Part shown: in pieces, positions 48,096 through 58,303 of the stretch | Position numbering within the stretch: the stretch's first letter is position 1 | Layout of the letters: every line of letters begins with the position of its first letter | From: Candidatus Latescibacterota bacterium | Lineage (GTDB): Bacteria; Latescibacterota; UBA2968; UBA8231 | NCBI GenBank assembly: GCA_965223905.1 | Contig: CBDCXV010000010.1 | Location: 362,077 to 426,076 of the forward strand | DNA length: 64,000 bases | Reading direction: 5' to 3' | Made by a program: the position numbers and the translations under genes | Notes under the pieces: model-generated | The model's input: only the letters and a program-made list of their open reading frames with translations | Told to the model about the DNA's origin: nothing | Databases searched by the model: none

Positions 48096-49526
48096 ATGCT
48101 CCAGCCGAAGCGGTTCCACCAGCTCTTTCTCGACGACGGCGCCATTCACTCGAGCGAGCGCATAACCCGGCGCCTGCACCAGCCGAAGAAGTGCGGCCCG
48201 CTGATAACCGGCGGGGTGCAGAGCCGCAACTCCCCGCAGTGGAACCCCGGCAAGCAGGTGTGGGAGTGGTGGTACTCCGGCGGCCTCCGCTACGCGACCT
48301 CCGCGGACGGGGAACACTGGGACCTTCCCCACCTCGGCCTCTACGAGTGGGAGGGGTCGCGGCAGAACAACCTCGCCGCGGACCCGGCCAGCGACGGCAG
48401 CGAGCGGGCCTACCACCTCGTGCGGGACGATGCCGATCCCGACCTGCAGCGGCGCTACAAGGGTCTGCTGGCGACCTGGGGCCGGCTGCCGGCGCTGTCG
48501 CCGGACGGCTTCCAATGGACGCCGACCGGCGCCCCGGCGATCCCCAGCAGCGACGAGTCGCAGTTTACCTGGGATCCTTACAGCAGCCAGTACCTGGCGA
48601 TGGTCAAGCAGGGAACCGAATGGGGGCGCTCGGTATTCCTTTCGACGAGCGGCCCCGACTTCGAGGAGTTCAGCGAGCCGAGGCTGATCTTCCACTCCGA
48701 CGAGATCGACCACGAGAACTGCCGGCAGCGGGTGCGCAAAATCATCGAGGACCCGGCCTACGTGACCCCGGCCGCGGTCGACGGCGAAGACTACATCGCC
48801 GAGGTCTACAACATGGCCGTCTTCCCCTACCAGGGGCTCTACGTCGGCTTCCCTGTGCTGTTCAATCCCTTCGGCGCCAATCCCCCGCCGGCAACCAACT
48901 TCGACCGCATCAACCAGGTGGAGCTCAGCGTCTCCCGCGACCTCTATCACTGGGAGCGAGTCGCCGACCGCGCCGTCTTCCTCGGGGTCGAACCCTACGA
49001 CGGGGAGACCTACGATACCGGGCAGCTGTTGATGGCCGGACAGCCGGTCGTCCGCGACGACGGCGAGATCTGGTGCTACTACAACGGCCTCAGGTGGGGT
49101 ACGTCCATGCAGAACTACGAGCGCCGCGGCAAGCTGGACGAGCTGCATCGCATGGGGGTCGATCCCCACCACTTCGACGACAGCGGGGCCCTGTCGCTGG
49201 CCAGGCTGCGGCCCGACGGCTTCGTGTCGCTCGAGGGCAGCGACAACGGCGTCGTCACGACGCGGCCGTTCGAGCTGAATGGGGAGGAGGTCTTCATCAA
49301 CGCCGATGCCCGCTGGGGGGAGATCTACACCGAGATCCTCGACGCCGAGTCGGGCCGGCCGATTCCCGGTTTCTGGGTGCCGTCCGAGCGCCCGCCCCCC
49401 TTCACCGGCGACTCGACCCGCGCCCGGGTAGCCTGGAAGAATGGGCACGGATTCCTGTTCGACAGGCCGGTGCAGCTTCGGTTCTACCTGCACCGGGCGA
49501 GCCTGTTCTCCTTCTGGATCGAGTGA
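48096..49526 (+). CDS. putative glycoside-hydrolase-like beta-propeller protein
   Basis: 476-aa ORF with native composition, W/D/G-rich blade-like segments, and a C-terminal beta-sandwich-like tail. The family is not identified. Confidence 0.4.
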   Translation: MLQPKRFHQLFLDDGAIHSSERITRRLHQPKKCGPLITGGVQSRNSPQWNPGKQVWEWWYSGGLRYATSADGEHWDLPHLGLYEWEGSRQNNLAADPASDGSERAYHLVRDDADPDLQRRYKGLLATWGRLPALSPDGFQWTPTGAPAIPSSDESQFTWDPYSSQYLAMVKQGTEWGRSVFLSTSGPDFEEFSEPRLIFHSDEIDHENCRQRVRKIIEDPAYVTPAAVDGEDYIAEVYNMAVFPYQGLYVGFPVLFNPFGANPPPATNFDRINQVELSVSRDLYHWERVADRAVFLGVEPYDGETYDTGQLLMAGQPVVRDDGEIWCYYNGLRWGTSMQNYERRGKLDELHRMGVDPHHFDDSGALSLARLRPDGFVSLEGSDNGVVTTRPFELNGEEVFINADARWGEIYTEILDAESGRPIPGFWVPSERPPPFTGDSTRARVAWKNGHGFLFDRPVQLRFYLHRASLFSFWIE

Positions 49527-49885
49527 GCCGCTGTCCCTGAGGCCGGCAGGGACCGTATGGCGAAACGCTGGCTCTCGTGGGCAGGGCAGATGCTGCGGCC
49601 GGGGGTTGCATCCATCATGCGATTACCGGAGGTATTGCTGCCCGGAGTGGACAACCCTCCGGTGGCCAGCGCGCGATTTGCCGGGATCCCGCCTCGAAGG
49701 AAGGGCTTGGTATCCGCCGCCCCTGCCGCCGGCCCGGGAACGGGCAGGTGGCCGCAGCGGGATGATCGCCCGGGATTCCGCCGCCGGGTGAAGGGGAGGC
49801 TATCCCCCGCCACTGCCGGTGCGCCGGCCCGGAACACCGGAGGCTTCCCGAAGTAAGCCGAGGCCGGGATTTCCTCCGCGGACAG

Positions 49886-50827
49886 CTACGGGGTCTGCGC
49901 CCCGTTCGTCTCGAGATAGACGGAGAACAGCGACTGCGAGCAGGTCATGAACAGCCGGTTCTTCCTGCGGCCGCCGAAGCAGAGATTGGAGCAGGGAGCC
50001 GGCAGGTGGATCTTGCCGATCAGGGCGCCGTCCGGGGCGAAGCAGTGGACGCCGTCGAACCCCTCTCCCCCCCAGCAGGCCCCCGACCACAGGTTGCCGT
50101 CCAGGTCCGTGCGGATGCCGTCCGAGGCGCCCGGCTCCATGTCGGCGAAGACGCGGCCGTTGGCGAGGCGCTCCCCCTCGACGTCGAAGACGCGGATGTG
50201 GGTCGGGTGCTCCGGACCGTCGGAGCGCCCGGTGTCGACGACGTAGAGCAGCGACTCGTCCGGGCTGAAGCAGATGCCGTTCGGGCGCCGGAAGTCCCCT
50301 GCCGCCACTGTCGCTTCTCCGGTTTCCGGGTCGAGGCGGTAGACGTTGGCGGCGTTCTCGAAGGGGGCCCGGGCGCCCTCGTAATCCATCAGGATGCCGT
50401 ACCCCGGGTCGGTGAACCAGATCGATCCGTCCGACTTGACCACGATATCGTTCGGTGCGTTCAGCGGCCGCCCCTGGAAGCGGTCCATGAGCACGGTGAT
50501 CGTGCCGTCGTGCCCGGTGCGGGTGACCCGGCGGGTGCGGTGCTCGCAGGTGACGAGGCGGCCCTGGCGGTCACGGGTGTTGCCGTTGCTGTTGTTGGAG
50601 GGCTTGCGGAAGACGGACACCTCCCCGGTCTCCTCCTCCCACTTGAGGATGCGGTCGTTGGGGATGTCGCTGAACAGCAGGTAGCGGCCGTCGCCGAACC
50701 AGACCGGCCCCTCGAGCCAGCGCCCCCCGGTCCACAGCATCTCGAGGGCGGCGTTGGCGAGCTTGTAGCGGGCGAAGCGGTCGTCGAGCACTTCGATGCG
50801 GCTGTCTGGATATCTCACGAGCTCCAT
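49886..50827 (-). CDS. SMP-30/gluconolactonase/LRE family protein
   Basis: EGPVWFGDGRYLLFSDIPNDRILKW...NAPNDIVVKSDGSIWFTDPGYG...PNGICFSPDE. Confidence 0.85.
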   Translation of the reverse strand: MELVRYPDSRIEVLDDRFARYKLANAALEMLWTGGRWLEGPVWFGDGRYLLFSDIPNDRILKWEEETGEVSVFRKPSNNSNGNTRDRQGRLVTCEHRTRRVTRTGHDGTITVLMDRFQGRPLNAPNDIVVKSDGSIWFTDPGYGILMDYEGARAPFENAANVYRLDPETGEATVAAGDFRRPNGICFSPDESLLYVVDTGRSDGPEHPTHIRVFDVEGERLANGRVFADMEPGASDGIRTDLDGNLWSGACWGGEGFDGVHCFAPDGALIGKIHLPAPCSNLCFGGRRKNRLFMTCSQSLFSVYLETNGAQTP

Positions 50828-50875
50828 ATCTATCTTCCCCGGGCTTTCAATTCCACCACAACGGAGGGACTGCGA

Positions 50876-51520
50876 ATGAAGGTTCTGGTATTGTCGGGCG
50901 AGAATCACGGCTTCGGGCAGAGCGCCGAGGTGATCTGCGGATTCCTAAATACGGCCGGGGACCTCGAAGCGCAACTCGACGGCGACAAGGGCATTCTCGC
51001 CTCCGCGGCGCTGCGCGAGTTCGACGTCTGCGTCTTCGGCACCGGGTTCACCCGCACTTTCCAGGGGCCGGACGGCGACATCCGGCGGGAGCCAGATCTC
51101 ACGCCGGAACAGGAGGACGGGCTTTTCGATTTCGTCGCCGGCGGCAAGGGCCTGGTCGGAGTCCACGGCACCGGCTGGTGGGTCGGGGCGCGGGCGGTCG
51201 ATCTCCTGGGCGGGCACGCCAACTGGCATCCTCCCGGGCTGACCTTCACCGTCAACATCGAGGACGGCACCCACCCGGTGACCCGGGGCATCTCCGACTT
51301 CGAGGTCGAGGACGAGATCTACATGTCGGCCTGGGACCCCGCCATCCACATCCTCGCCACGGCCGATTGGAGCGACAAGCAGCACCCGATGGCCTGGGTC
51401 AAGCCGTACAAGGCGGGGCGGGTCTTCTACACCGCCCTCGGGCATACCGCCGGCACCTTCCAGCGCCCGGCCATGCAGGCGCTGATGACCCAGGGGGTGC
51501 GCTGGGCGGGGTCGAACTGA
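50876..51520 (+). CDS. ThuA-domain protein
   Basis: MKVLVLSGENHGF...GLVGVHG...HPVTRGISDFEVEDEIY...RVFYTALGH. GGAGGG lies upstream of the start. Confidence 0.8.
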   Translation: MKVLVLSGENHGFGQSAEVICGFLNTAGDLEAQLDGDKGILASAALREFDVCVFGTGFTRTFQGPDGDIRREPDLTPEQEDGLFDFVAGGKGLVGVHGTGWWVGARAVDLLGGHANWHPPGLTFTVNIEDGTHPVTRGISDFEVEDEIYMSAWDPAIHILATADWSDKQHPMAWVKPYKAGRVFYTALGHTAGTFQRPAMQALMTQGVRWAGSN

Positions 51521-51546
51521 GCCCCCGGCGCGGCGGGAGCTGAGCC

Positions 51547-52479
51547 ATGGCCATCGCCATGACCGGAGAGCAGCGGCGGGACTTCGAGGAGAAGGGGTAC
51601 GTCATCCTCGACGACTTCCTCGAACCGCTCGAAGTAGGCCGCCTGCTCGAAGCAGTCGACGAGGTGGCGGCCCGCCTCAGGGAATCGACCGGCCTCGGTC
51701 CCGAGGAACCCTTCGCCGTCCGCAATGCCCTCGCCCAGCACGACGCCTTCCTCGACCTGATCGATCACCCGAAGGCCTTGCCGCTGGTCGTCGACGCCAT
51801 CGGCTGGAACATCCAGATCCGCACCTCCCACCTCGACTACCGGCCCCCCTATCCCGGCCGGATGCAAGCCGGGGGGGTCGGCCGCGGCGACGGGGAGGAT
51901 CACCAGGCCGGGTACCGCAACATCAACTGGCACCCGGATCTCGCCGGCAGCTACCTGTTCGAGGCCCCCTCCCTCGACGGGAGGCTGCCGTTCATGGAGG
52001 TCAAGATCTTCTACGCCCTGTCCGATCTCAGCGAGTCGAACTCGGGTAACCTCTGGGTGATGCCCGGCAGCCACCTGCGGCCGCCGCAGGAGCTGCGGGA
52101 CGGGTCCGCAGTCGACCTCGACGCCGCGGTCGAGCTGAGGATTCCCCCGGGCACCGCGGTGCTGTGGCGCACCGCGACCTGGCACTGCGTCGGCCCCAAC
52201 CTGTCGGCGAGGACGCGCATGATCATGCACGTAGGCTATCACTACCGCTGGCTGCGCCCGACCGACTACATCGAGCAGGACCCCGGGCTTATCGCGCGCT
52301 GCTCCCCGATCCGCCGCCAGCTTCTGGGAGCGCTGGCCACCGGGTCGCCTCCCCTCGGGGAGACCCCGGAGTTCCACCCCGCCTCCCAGTACTGGATCAC
52401 CTCGAACTGGGACGACGTCCCGCTCAAGGCGTGGGCGGAAGAGCGGGCCGGAGCCGCGGCGACCACCAGCCCTCTGTAG
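51547..52479 (+). CDS. PhyH family Fe(II)/2OG oxygenase
   Basis: RRDFEEKGYVILDDFL...NWHPD...GNLWVMPGSH...WHCVGPN. Confidence 0.8.
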   Translation: MAIAMTGEQRRDFEEKGYVILDDFLEPLEVGRLLEAVDEVAARLRESTGLGPEEPFAVRNALAQHDAFLDLIDHPKALPLVVDAIGWNIQIRTSHLDYRPPYPGRMQAGGVGRGDGEDHQAGYRNINWHPDLAGSYLFEAPSLDGRLPFMEVKIFYALSDLSESNSGNLWVMPGSHLRPPQELRDGSAVDLDAAVELRIPPGTAVLWRTATWHCVGPNLSARTRMIMHVGYHYRWLRPTDYIEQDPGLIARCSPIRRQLLGALATGSPPLGETPEFHPASQYWITSNWDDVPLKAWAEERAGAAATTSPL

Positions 52480-52669
52480 GCGGGGCCGCGGCCGGAGGGA
52501 CCTGGAAGCGGTCGACCCGTCCGAGAACGGAAATTGGCGTTCGCAATCCCAGGAGCTGACGGCGAGGAGTTCCGTGAGGTCTACAAGGCACGCAGAATCA
52601 GAATCCGCTCTCTCAGGCCCGGCGGCGATTGCCGAAAGCCCTTTCACCAGCCCGACCAGGAGACCTCCC

Positions 52670-53484
52670 ATGTCTGAAATCGCCGCCTCGGCCAAGGGCC
52701 TGCGCCTGAGCCCGGCCCGGATCGAACAGTTCCACGAGACCGGTTACTTGAAGAACCTGCCCCTGCTCGACCAGGAGGGCATCGCGACGCTGCAGCGGGA
52801 GTTCATGGAGCTGGTCGACAGGGTGCCGGACACGGTCGACATCTACCGCGTGAACAACTGGCACAAGGCGAACCGCTGGTTCTACGAGCTTGGCCGCATC
52901 CCCGCCGTTCTCGACTACGTGGAGGATCTGCTCGGCCCCGACCCCACGACGAATCGACGGTTCCCTGGCACCAGGATGCCAGGTACTGGCCCCTCGAACC
53001 GCGGGAAACCGTCACCGTCTGGCTCGCCGTCTTCGACGCCGATGCGGAAAACGGCTGCATGCGCGTCGTCCCGGGCAGCCATCGCTGGGGCGACCTCGAG
53101 CATGTGGATCTGCCGGGACTGAACTGGACCACCGGCTCGGCCGAGGAGATGAGGAAGAGCAAGTACGTCCTCTGGAAGCAGGTCGACCTCGAAAGCTTCG
53201 ACCCTGAGGACGCCGTCGACATCGATCTCGCGCCAGGAGAGATCTCGCTTCACGACGACGACCTCATCCACGGCTCCGCGGGCAACCCCTCCTCCCGCAT
53301 GCGCGCCGGCATCACCCTGCGCTATTCCCCGACCCGGGTGAAATGCGATTCAGGGGTGTGGCCGACGTTCGAAGCCTATCCCGCCCGCGGCACCGACCGC
53401 TTCGGACACAACCCGGTCGGCAAGGTGCCCTCGGGGAACGGCTGGCCGACGCAGTTCAACCAGAGCTCGTCCGACTTCGAGTGA
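52670..53484 (+). pseudogene. PhyH family oxygenase with an internal deletion/frameshift near 52945
   Basis: The N-terminal frame ends ...VLDYVEDLLGPD. The catalytic part (HDESTVPWHQDARYWPL...ENGCMRVVPGSHRWG) is in another frame. About 15 residues normally found between these parts are missing. Confidence 0.65.
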
Positions 53485-53765
53485 TCGTCCCCGGCTTGTC
53501 TCTGTCGGCGGTGTCGGCCGCTCGGGAACAACCCGGCCGGAAAGGGGAGGAACGGCTGACGGACCGGGTTCAACAAGGGTTCCCGGGGGAAGGGGGGAGC
53601 AGTCCTTTCAGCCGAAATCCCCTGACCCGAAGCGACTGCTCCCGGAACTCGCTTCAGTCGCGGGGGCCGGAGAACAAGCACTCGACCGGCATCGGGGGGA
53701 TGGGGCGAAGCGGTCGATTCAAGTGGTGCTTCCCTGCGGGGAAGCGGCTGTTTTTCGGGGATCTC

Positions 53766-54581
53766 TCAGTCGTCGAGCCCCGTAAACAGGCAGTCGACCG
53801 GCATCGGCGGGAAGCTCCCCCTCAGGCCCCCGAGAGCGAAATGCTCCACAGCCATCATCTGCGGCCTCTTCTCGACCTCGGCGCGCGCGCGCTCCCCGGT
53901 GCCGAACTGCGAGGCATGGGCGCAGATCGCCGCCAGCTTCTGCTCCTCATGGCCGCGGATATCTATGGCGGCCGCGACCGAGTCGCCCGACACCCCGTAC
54001 AGGTCCGCGTCGACGTCGGCCATCGCGGCACCTGAATGCTTCTCCTGCGTCTCGCGCAGCGACTCCAGCGGATAGACCGGGTAGTACAGGCGCCCCGGGG
54101 CCGGCTGAGCGACGCTGCCGGCCGACCAGAAGGCCGCGGCCGCGGCGCGGTGAATGGCGACGTGGTCGGCGTGGGGATAGAGTCCGTGGGGATCGAAGGT
54201 GATCATCACCTGCGGCTGCAGTTCCGCGATGATCGGCAGGAGCTGCCGCTCCAGAGCCACGGTTTCCTGGTTCATCAGCGCCCGCGGGTTGCCGCGCCCG
54301 ACCTCGACGGGGAACCCGGAGTCGAAGTGGCCGAGCCAGGTCGGGGGGCTGACCCCCATGACCGCGCAGGCGCCTTCCAGCTCCGCGGCCCGAAATCTTC
54401 CCCGTTCCTCCCCCTTGGGGTAGCGGTCCGGGTCGATCCCGGGGTGGACGATCTCTCCCTCCTCCCCGCGGGTGGCGCATACCAGGTGGACGTCGCGCCC
54501 CTCGGAGGCTGCCTTTGACAGGGTTCCCCCGCAGATGAACGATTCGTCGTCCGGGTGGGCAAACACCGCCAGCAACCTCAT
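53766..54581 (-). CDS. PIG-L/LmbE family deacetylase
   Basis: MRLLAVFAHPDDESFICGGTL...HADHVAIH. Start at the ATG preceded by a GGAGGG-rich Shine-Dalgarno region. Confidence 0.85.
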   Translation of the reverse strand: MRLLAVFAHPDDESFICGGTLSKAASEGRDVHLVCATRGEEGEIVHPGIDPDRYPKGEERGRFRAAELEGACAVMGVSPPTWLGHFDSGFPVEVGRGNPRALMNQETVALERQLLPIIAELQPQVMITFDPHGLYPHADHVAIHRAAAAAFWSAGSVAQPAPGRLYYPVYPLESLRETQEKHSGAAMADVDADLYGVSGDSVAAAIDIRGHEEQKLAAICAHASQFGTGERARAEVEKRPQMMAVEHFALGGLRGSFPPMPVDCLFTGLDD

Positions 54582-54749
54582 TTCCTCTTTCCCTCCCCTG
54601 CGGCTCGCATCCTCATCCGGCCGGTAAATGGCCGGTAGGTGAAAGCGAACCTCTTTCGTATTATTGGCTCGGATGCCGGGCTTCGGGCCGGGCACGGAAT
54701 ATACTGCACCTAGTGTCTCGCACCGCTTCACACACGGGAGGAATACTCA

Positions 54750-56813
54750 ATGAAGCGACTTCTTCACATCCCGCTGTTCCTCTGCCTCGGCGCTGGCCTG
54801 GCCTTCGCCGACAGCCATGAGGGAGATATCACCGAAATGGAGGAGGTCATCGTCACCGGCTCCAAGCTGCCGCAGACGCCGGGCAACGTGACCCAGAAGA
54901 TCTCCATCATCACCTCCGACGAGATCGGCTCCCTGGTCCAGGGCAACGGCAACCTCGCGGAAATCCTCTCCTACAGCCCGGGCAACTTCGCCAACGTCCT
55001 GTCCCGCAACGACGCCAACTGGGGCTCCTCCGGCGGCCTTGCCCACACCTACAAGGGGTACATGCTCGACGGCCTGCCCATCGACGCCTTCGTCGATCTC
55101 CAGAGCCTCGACCCCTGGGCCTTCGAGCGGGTCGAGGACCAGCGCGGCTCCGCCTCCGTCCTCTACCCGACCTACCTGGCCATGGACTTCGCCGGCAACC
55201 AGTCCCCGCTGGCAGGCACCGCCAACTTCATCCTCCGGGAACGGGTGAGGAACACCCGCACCAGCGCCTCGGTGTACGGCGGCTCCTACAAGACGATGGG
55301 CGGCCGCTTCTTTCACCAGCGCGCCGCCGGCAACCTGCACCTGTTCTTCGGCGGCCACCACGAGGCCTCCGACTACACCTACTACGGCACCTTCGACGAG
55401 GAGGGCAATAGAAACTCCTGGCTGAACATGCTCGAGGACGATTCCCCGAACTACGAGAAGACCAAGATGTACATGCGGGGAACCTACTTCCTCAACGACA
55501 GCGGTCAGCGGGTCTCCCTCTACGCCCACCGCACCTGGCACACGGGCGACGGCGGCCGCCCGAACCGGGACTTCGGCCACGCCTACACCACCCTGAACGC
55601 CGCCTACATCCACCCCGTCTCCGAGCGGATCACCGCCCGCGCCAAGGTCGGCTACCGCGACTACGTCCGCCGCTGGGAGGAAGACAACTTCGCTCGCGAT
55701 TCTCTTGGGGTGGTCATCCCCGAAAGCCTCGCCCTGCGCTCCGAGGACGGCGTCGACCAGTCGGTGATGCCGGCCGATCTCTCCGTCTCCGTCATCACCC
55801 GCGAGTCGGACGTGCTCACCGTGGGCGCCGACTACCAGCTCGCCTCGTACAAGAACACGTCAGAGTCGGGCGTGCTGAACACCAACAACGAGGGCACCGC
55901 CACCGGCCTGGGCCTCTACGCCCAGGAGGAGTTCCGGCTGAACAGCCTCACCCTGCGGGCCGGGGCGCGCTACAGCAGCATCTCCCACGACATCGAGCTG
56001 TTGAGTGGCGCTCCTCCGGGAGAAGAGAGCAACTCCTGGAACAAGCTCCTCTCCAGCGCCGGGGCGCGCTACAACCACAGCGACGAGCTGGCCGTGTACA
56101 CCAATTTTGGCACCAGCTTCAAGGCTCCTTCCCAGAAGTCGGTGGGCGGCACCGTCCCCGTGGGTAGCACGGACAGCGGCCACCTGCCCAACCCGGACAT
56201 CCTGCCGGAGTCGGGCACCAGCATCGACCTGGGGGTGAACTACCGGCCCATGGAGGACCTGCAGGTAGGCCTGCGGGGCTTCAACATCGTCATCGACGAC
56301 CAGATCGTGCAGATAGAGGTAGAAGGCGCCCCCCAGTCGCAGGACATCAACGCCGGCAACACCGCCACGAACGGCGCCGAGTTGGAGGTCACCCACCGCC
56401 TTAGCGAGATGGTGGAGTGGTTCGCCAACTACACCTACACCAACGCCGAGGTGAAAGAGCACGAGAACGAGGATCTGATCGGCGCCAAGATCAACTTCGT
56501 TCCCGAGAGGGTTATCGGCCTCGGCGTCCACCTGACCCTGGCCAAGGGCCTGCGGGCGACGATCACGGCCCAGTCCTACAGCGGCATCTACTCGGATATC
56601 AAGAAGGATGATCCAAACAAGGACGATGACGACCCCCTCCCCGGGTACAACCTGGTGAACGCCCGGATCCAGTACGGCGTCAGCACCCGGGACGGGTACG
56701 ATCTGACCCTCTTTCTCGAGCCGTACAACCTCACCAACCAGACCTTCGAGATGCCGTGGGGATTTCAGGATCCCGGCTTCTCGACCAACGGCGGCCTGAT
56801 GGTCAGCTTCTAG
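54750..56813 (+). CDS. TonB-dependent receptor
   Basis: Signal peptide. Plug-domain EEVIVTGSK motif. Beta-barrel body with a terminal aromatic residue (...GGLMVSF). Confidence 0.9.
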   Translation: MKRLLHIPLFLCLGAGLAFADSHEGDITEMEEVIVTGSKLPQTPGNVTQKISIITSDEIGSLVQGNGNLAEILSYSPGNFANVLSRNDANWGSSGGLAHTYKGYMLDGLPIDAFVDLQSLDPWAFERVEDQRGSASVLYPTYLAMDFAGNQSPLAGTANFILRERVRNTRTSASVYGGSYKTMGGRFFHQRAAGNLHLFFGGHHEASDYTYYGTFDEEGNRNSWLNMLEDDSPNYEKTKMYMRGTYFLNDSGQRVSLYAHRTWHTGDGGRPNRDFGHAYTTLNAAYIHPVSERITARAKVGYRDYVRRWEEDNFARDSLGVVIPESLALRSEDGVDQSVMPADLSVSVITRESDVLTVGADYQLASYKNTSESGVLNTNNEGTATGLGLYAQEEFRLNSLTLRAGARYSSISHDIELLSGAPPGEESNSWNKLLSSAGARYNHSDELAVYTNFGTSFKAPSQKSVGGTVPVGSTDSGHLPNPDILPESGTSIDLGVNYRPMEDLQVGLRGFNIVIDDQIVQIEVEGAPQSQDINAGNTATNGAELEVTHRLSEMVEWFANYTYTNAEVKEHENEDLIGAKINFVPERVIGLGVHLTLAKGLRATITAQSYSGIYSDIKKDDPNKDDDDPLPGYNLVNARIQYGVSTRDGYDLTLFLEPYNLTNQTFEMPWGFQDPGFSTNGGLMVSF

Positions 56814-56817
56814 GTTC

Positions 56818-57918
56818 ATGTCCGCCGAGGTTTGCGGCCCCGCGGCGCCCTCCCGACCGGGAGCGGCCGCCGCGGGGCGTTTGTTTCTCCTCCTCCTCCT
56901 GCTTCTTCTACCGCTCTCCCTCCTCCTCCCGGGCGGCCCTGCGGCCGCCGAAGGGGTGGCGGTCACTGATTTCCGCGGCAAGCGCATCGAGCTCGAGAAG
57001 CCGGCCGAGCGCATCATCTGCCTCCTCGAGAGCGCCCTCAGCGGGCTCTACATGCTCGGGGCCGAGGACCGCCTCGTCGGCATCTCCACCAACGTCTACC
57101 AGGGGAGCGTCTTCCCGTACTACGCGGCGATGGACGAGCGCATGCGCGAGCGCACCCTGGCGACGCCGGGCAACTGGGACTTCGTCAATATCGAGAGCAT
57201 GGTGGCCCTGCAACCGGACCTGGTGATCGTCTGGTCGGGCCAGGAGGAGTCGATTGCCGCCCTCGAGGAGAAGGGGATCCCCGTCTTCGGGGTCTTCATC
57301 GAGCGCTTCGAGGATATCCACCGGGAGATCGCCGCCCTCGGCGAGCTGACCGGCACCCGGGAGCGGGCCGACGAGCTCCTCGCCATCGCCCGGGAGGAGC
57401 TGGAGGCGGTGCAGCGCAGGGTCGCCCCCCTCGAAGGAGAAGGGCCATCCGCCCTGCCGCGCGTCTACTTCATGTGGGCCCAGGGACCGCTGGGGACGGC
57501 CGGCCGCAACAGCACCGTGCAGGAGCTGATCGAGCTGGCCGGCGGGACCAACGTGGCGGCCGGCAGCGACCTGGAAGCCCTGGTGGTCAACCTCGAGAAC
57601 GTCCTCGTCTGGAACCCGGAGCTGATCGTCATGTGGTGCAACGACCGGCTCGACACCGGGGACCTGGGAGAGATGTCAGGATGGCGCACGGTCGCCGCGG
57701 TGCGCAACGGGCGGGTGCACGAGCTTCCCGATCCGTTCTCCTGCGACTTCTGGACCCTGAAGTACATCTTCACCGTCGATCTCGTCGCCCGCTGGTGCCA
57801 TCCCGACCGGTTCCCGGAAGATGACGCCGAGGTCCTGCGGGCCGACCTGCTGAACAAGCTGTACGGGGGGCGCCTGGGAGAGTTGCCGCCCCTGCCCTCG
57901 GGACCGGACCGCGGCTGA
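56818..57918 (+). CDS. ABC-transporter periplasmic binding protein (iron-siderophore/cobalamin type, cluster A-2)
   Basis: Signal peptide. ERIICLLESALSGLYMLGAEDRLVGIS...PDLVIVW...IPVF pattern. Lies immediately downstream of the TonB receptor. Confidence 0.75.
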   Translation: MSAEVCGPAAPSRPGAAAAGRLFLLLLLLLLPLSLLLPGGPAAAEGVAVTDFRGKRIELEKPAERIICLLESALSGLYMLGAEDRLVGISTNVYQGSVFPYYAAMDERMRERTLATPGNWDFVNIESMVALQPDLVIVWSGQEESIAALEEKGIPVFGVFIERFEDIHREIAALGELTGTRERADELLAIAREELEAVQRRVAPLEGEGPSALPRVYFMWAQGPLGTAGRNSTVQELIELAGGTNVAAGSDLEALVVNLENVLVWNPELIVMWCNDRLDTGDLGEMSGWRTVAAVRNGRVHELPDPFSCDFWTLKYIFTVDLVARWCHPDRFPEDDAEVLRADLLNKLYGGRLGELPPLPSGPDRG

Positions 57919-58030
57919 GCCCGCGTCCCTGGTCTCCGGCGTTTCCACCATGGTTGGTTTTTTCTGCCTTTCCTCCATTTTCTCCCATGCTATGCTTCCT
58001 GGCTGGTCCCAGTGACAGAGGAGGACATAC

Positions 58031-58303
58031 ATGAGCCTGAACATCAAGAACAAGGAGGTCGAGCAGCTGATCGTTGAGGTCACACGGCTCACGGGAGAGA
58101 GCAAGACCGAGGCAGTGCGCCGATCCCTGGAGGAGCGACGGGCCCGGCTCGCATATCAAGGCGCCGGCAGTGATCGTGGAAAACGGTTGCGCCGATTTCT
58201 GGAGACGGAAGTCTGGCCCGATGTGCCACCGCAGGAGCTGGGCAGAAAGCTGAGTCGGGATGAAGAGGAAGACATCCTGGGCTACGGCAAAGAAGGCGCA
58301 TGA
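58031..58303 (+). CDS. vapB: VapB-type antitoxin (Rv0623/PSK-like)
   Basis: MSLNIKNKEVEQLIVEVTRLTGESKTEAVRRSLEERRARL. The stop overlaps the next ATG (ATGA). Confidence 0.8.
   Translation: MSLNIKNKEVEQLIVEVTRLTGESKTEAVRRSLEERRARLAYQGAGSDRGKRLRRFLETEVWPDVPPQELGRKLSRDEEEDILGYGKEGA

Noticed and set aside
54582-54749. Cobalamin riboswitch upstream of the TonB receptor / binding-protein pair.
   Set aside because: Only a GGTGAAAG-like fragment is present. No B12 box (GCCACTG) is found, and the 168-nt spacer also has to hold the divergent promoter.
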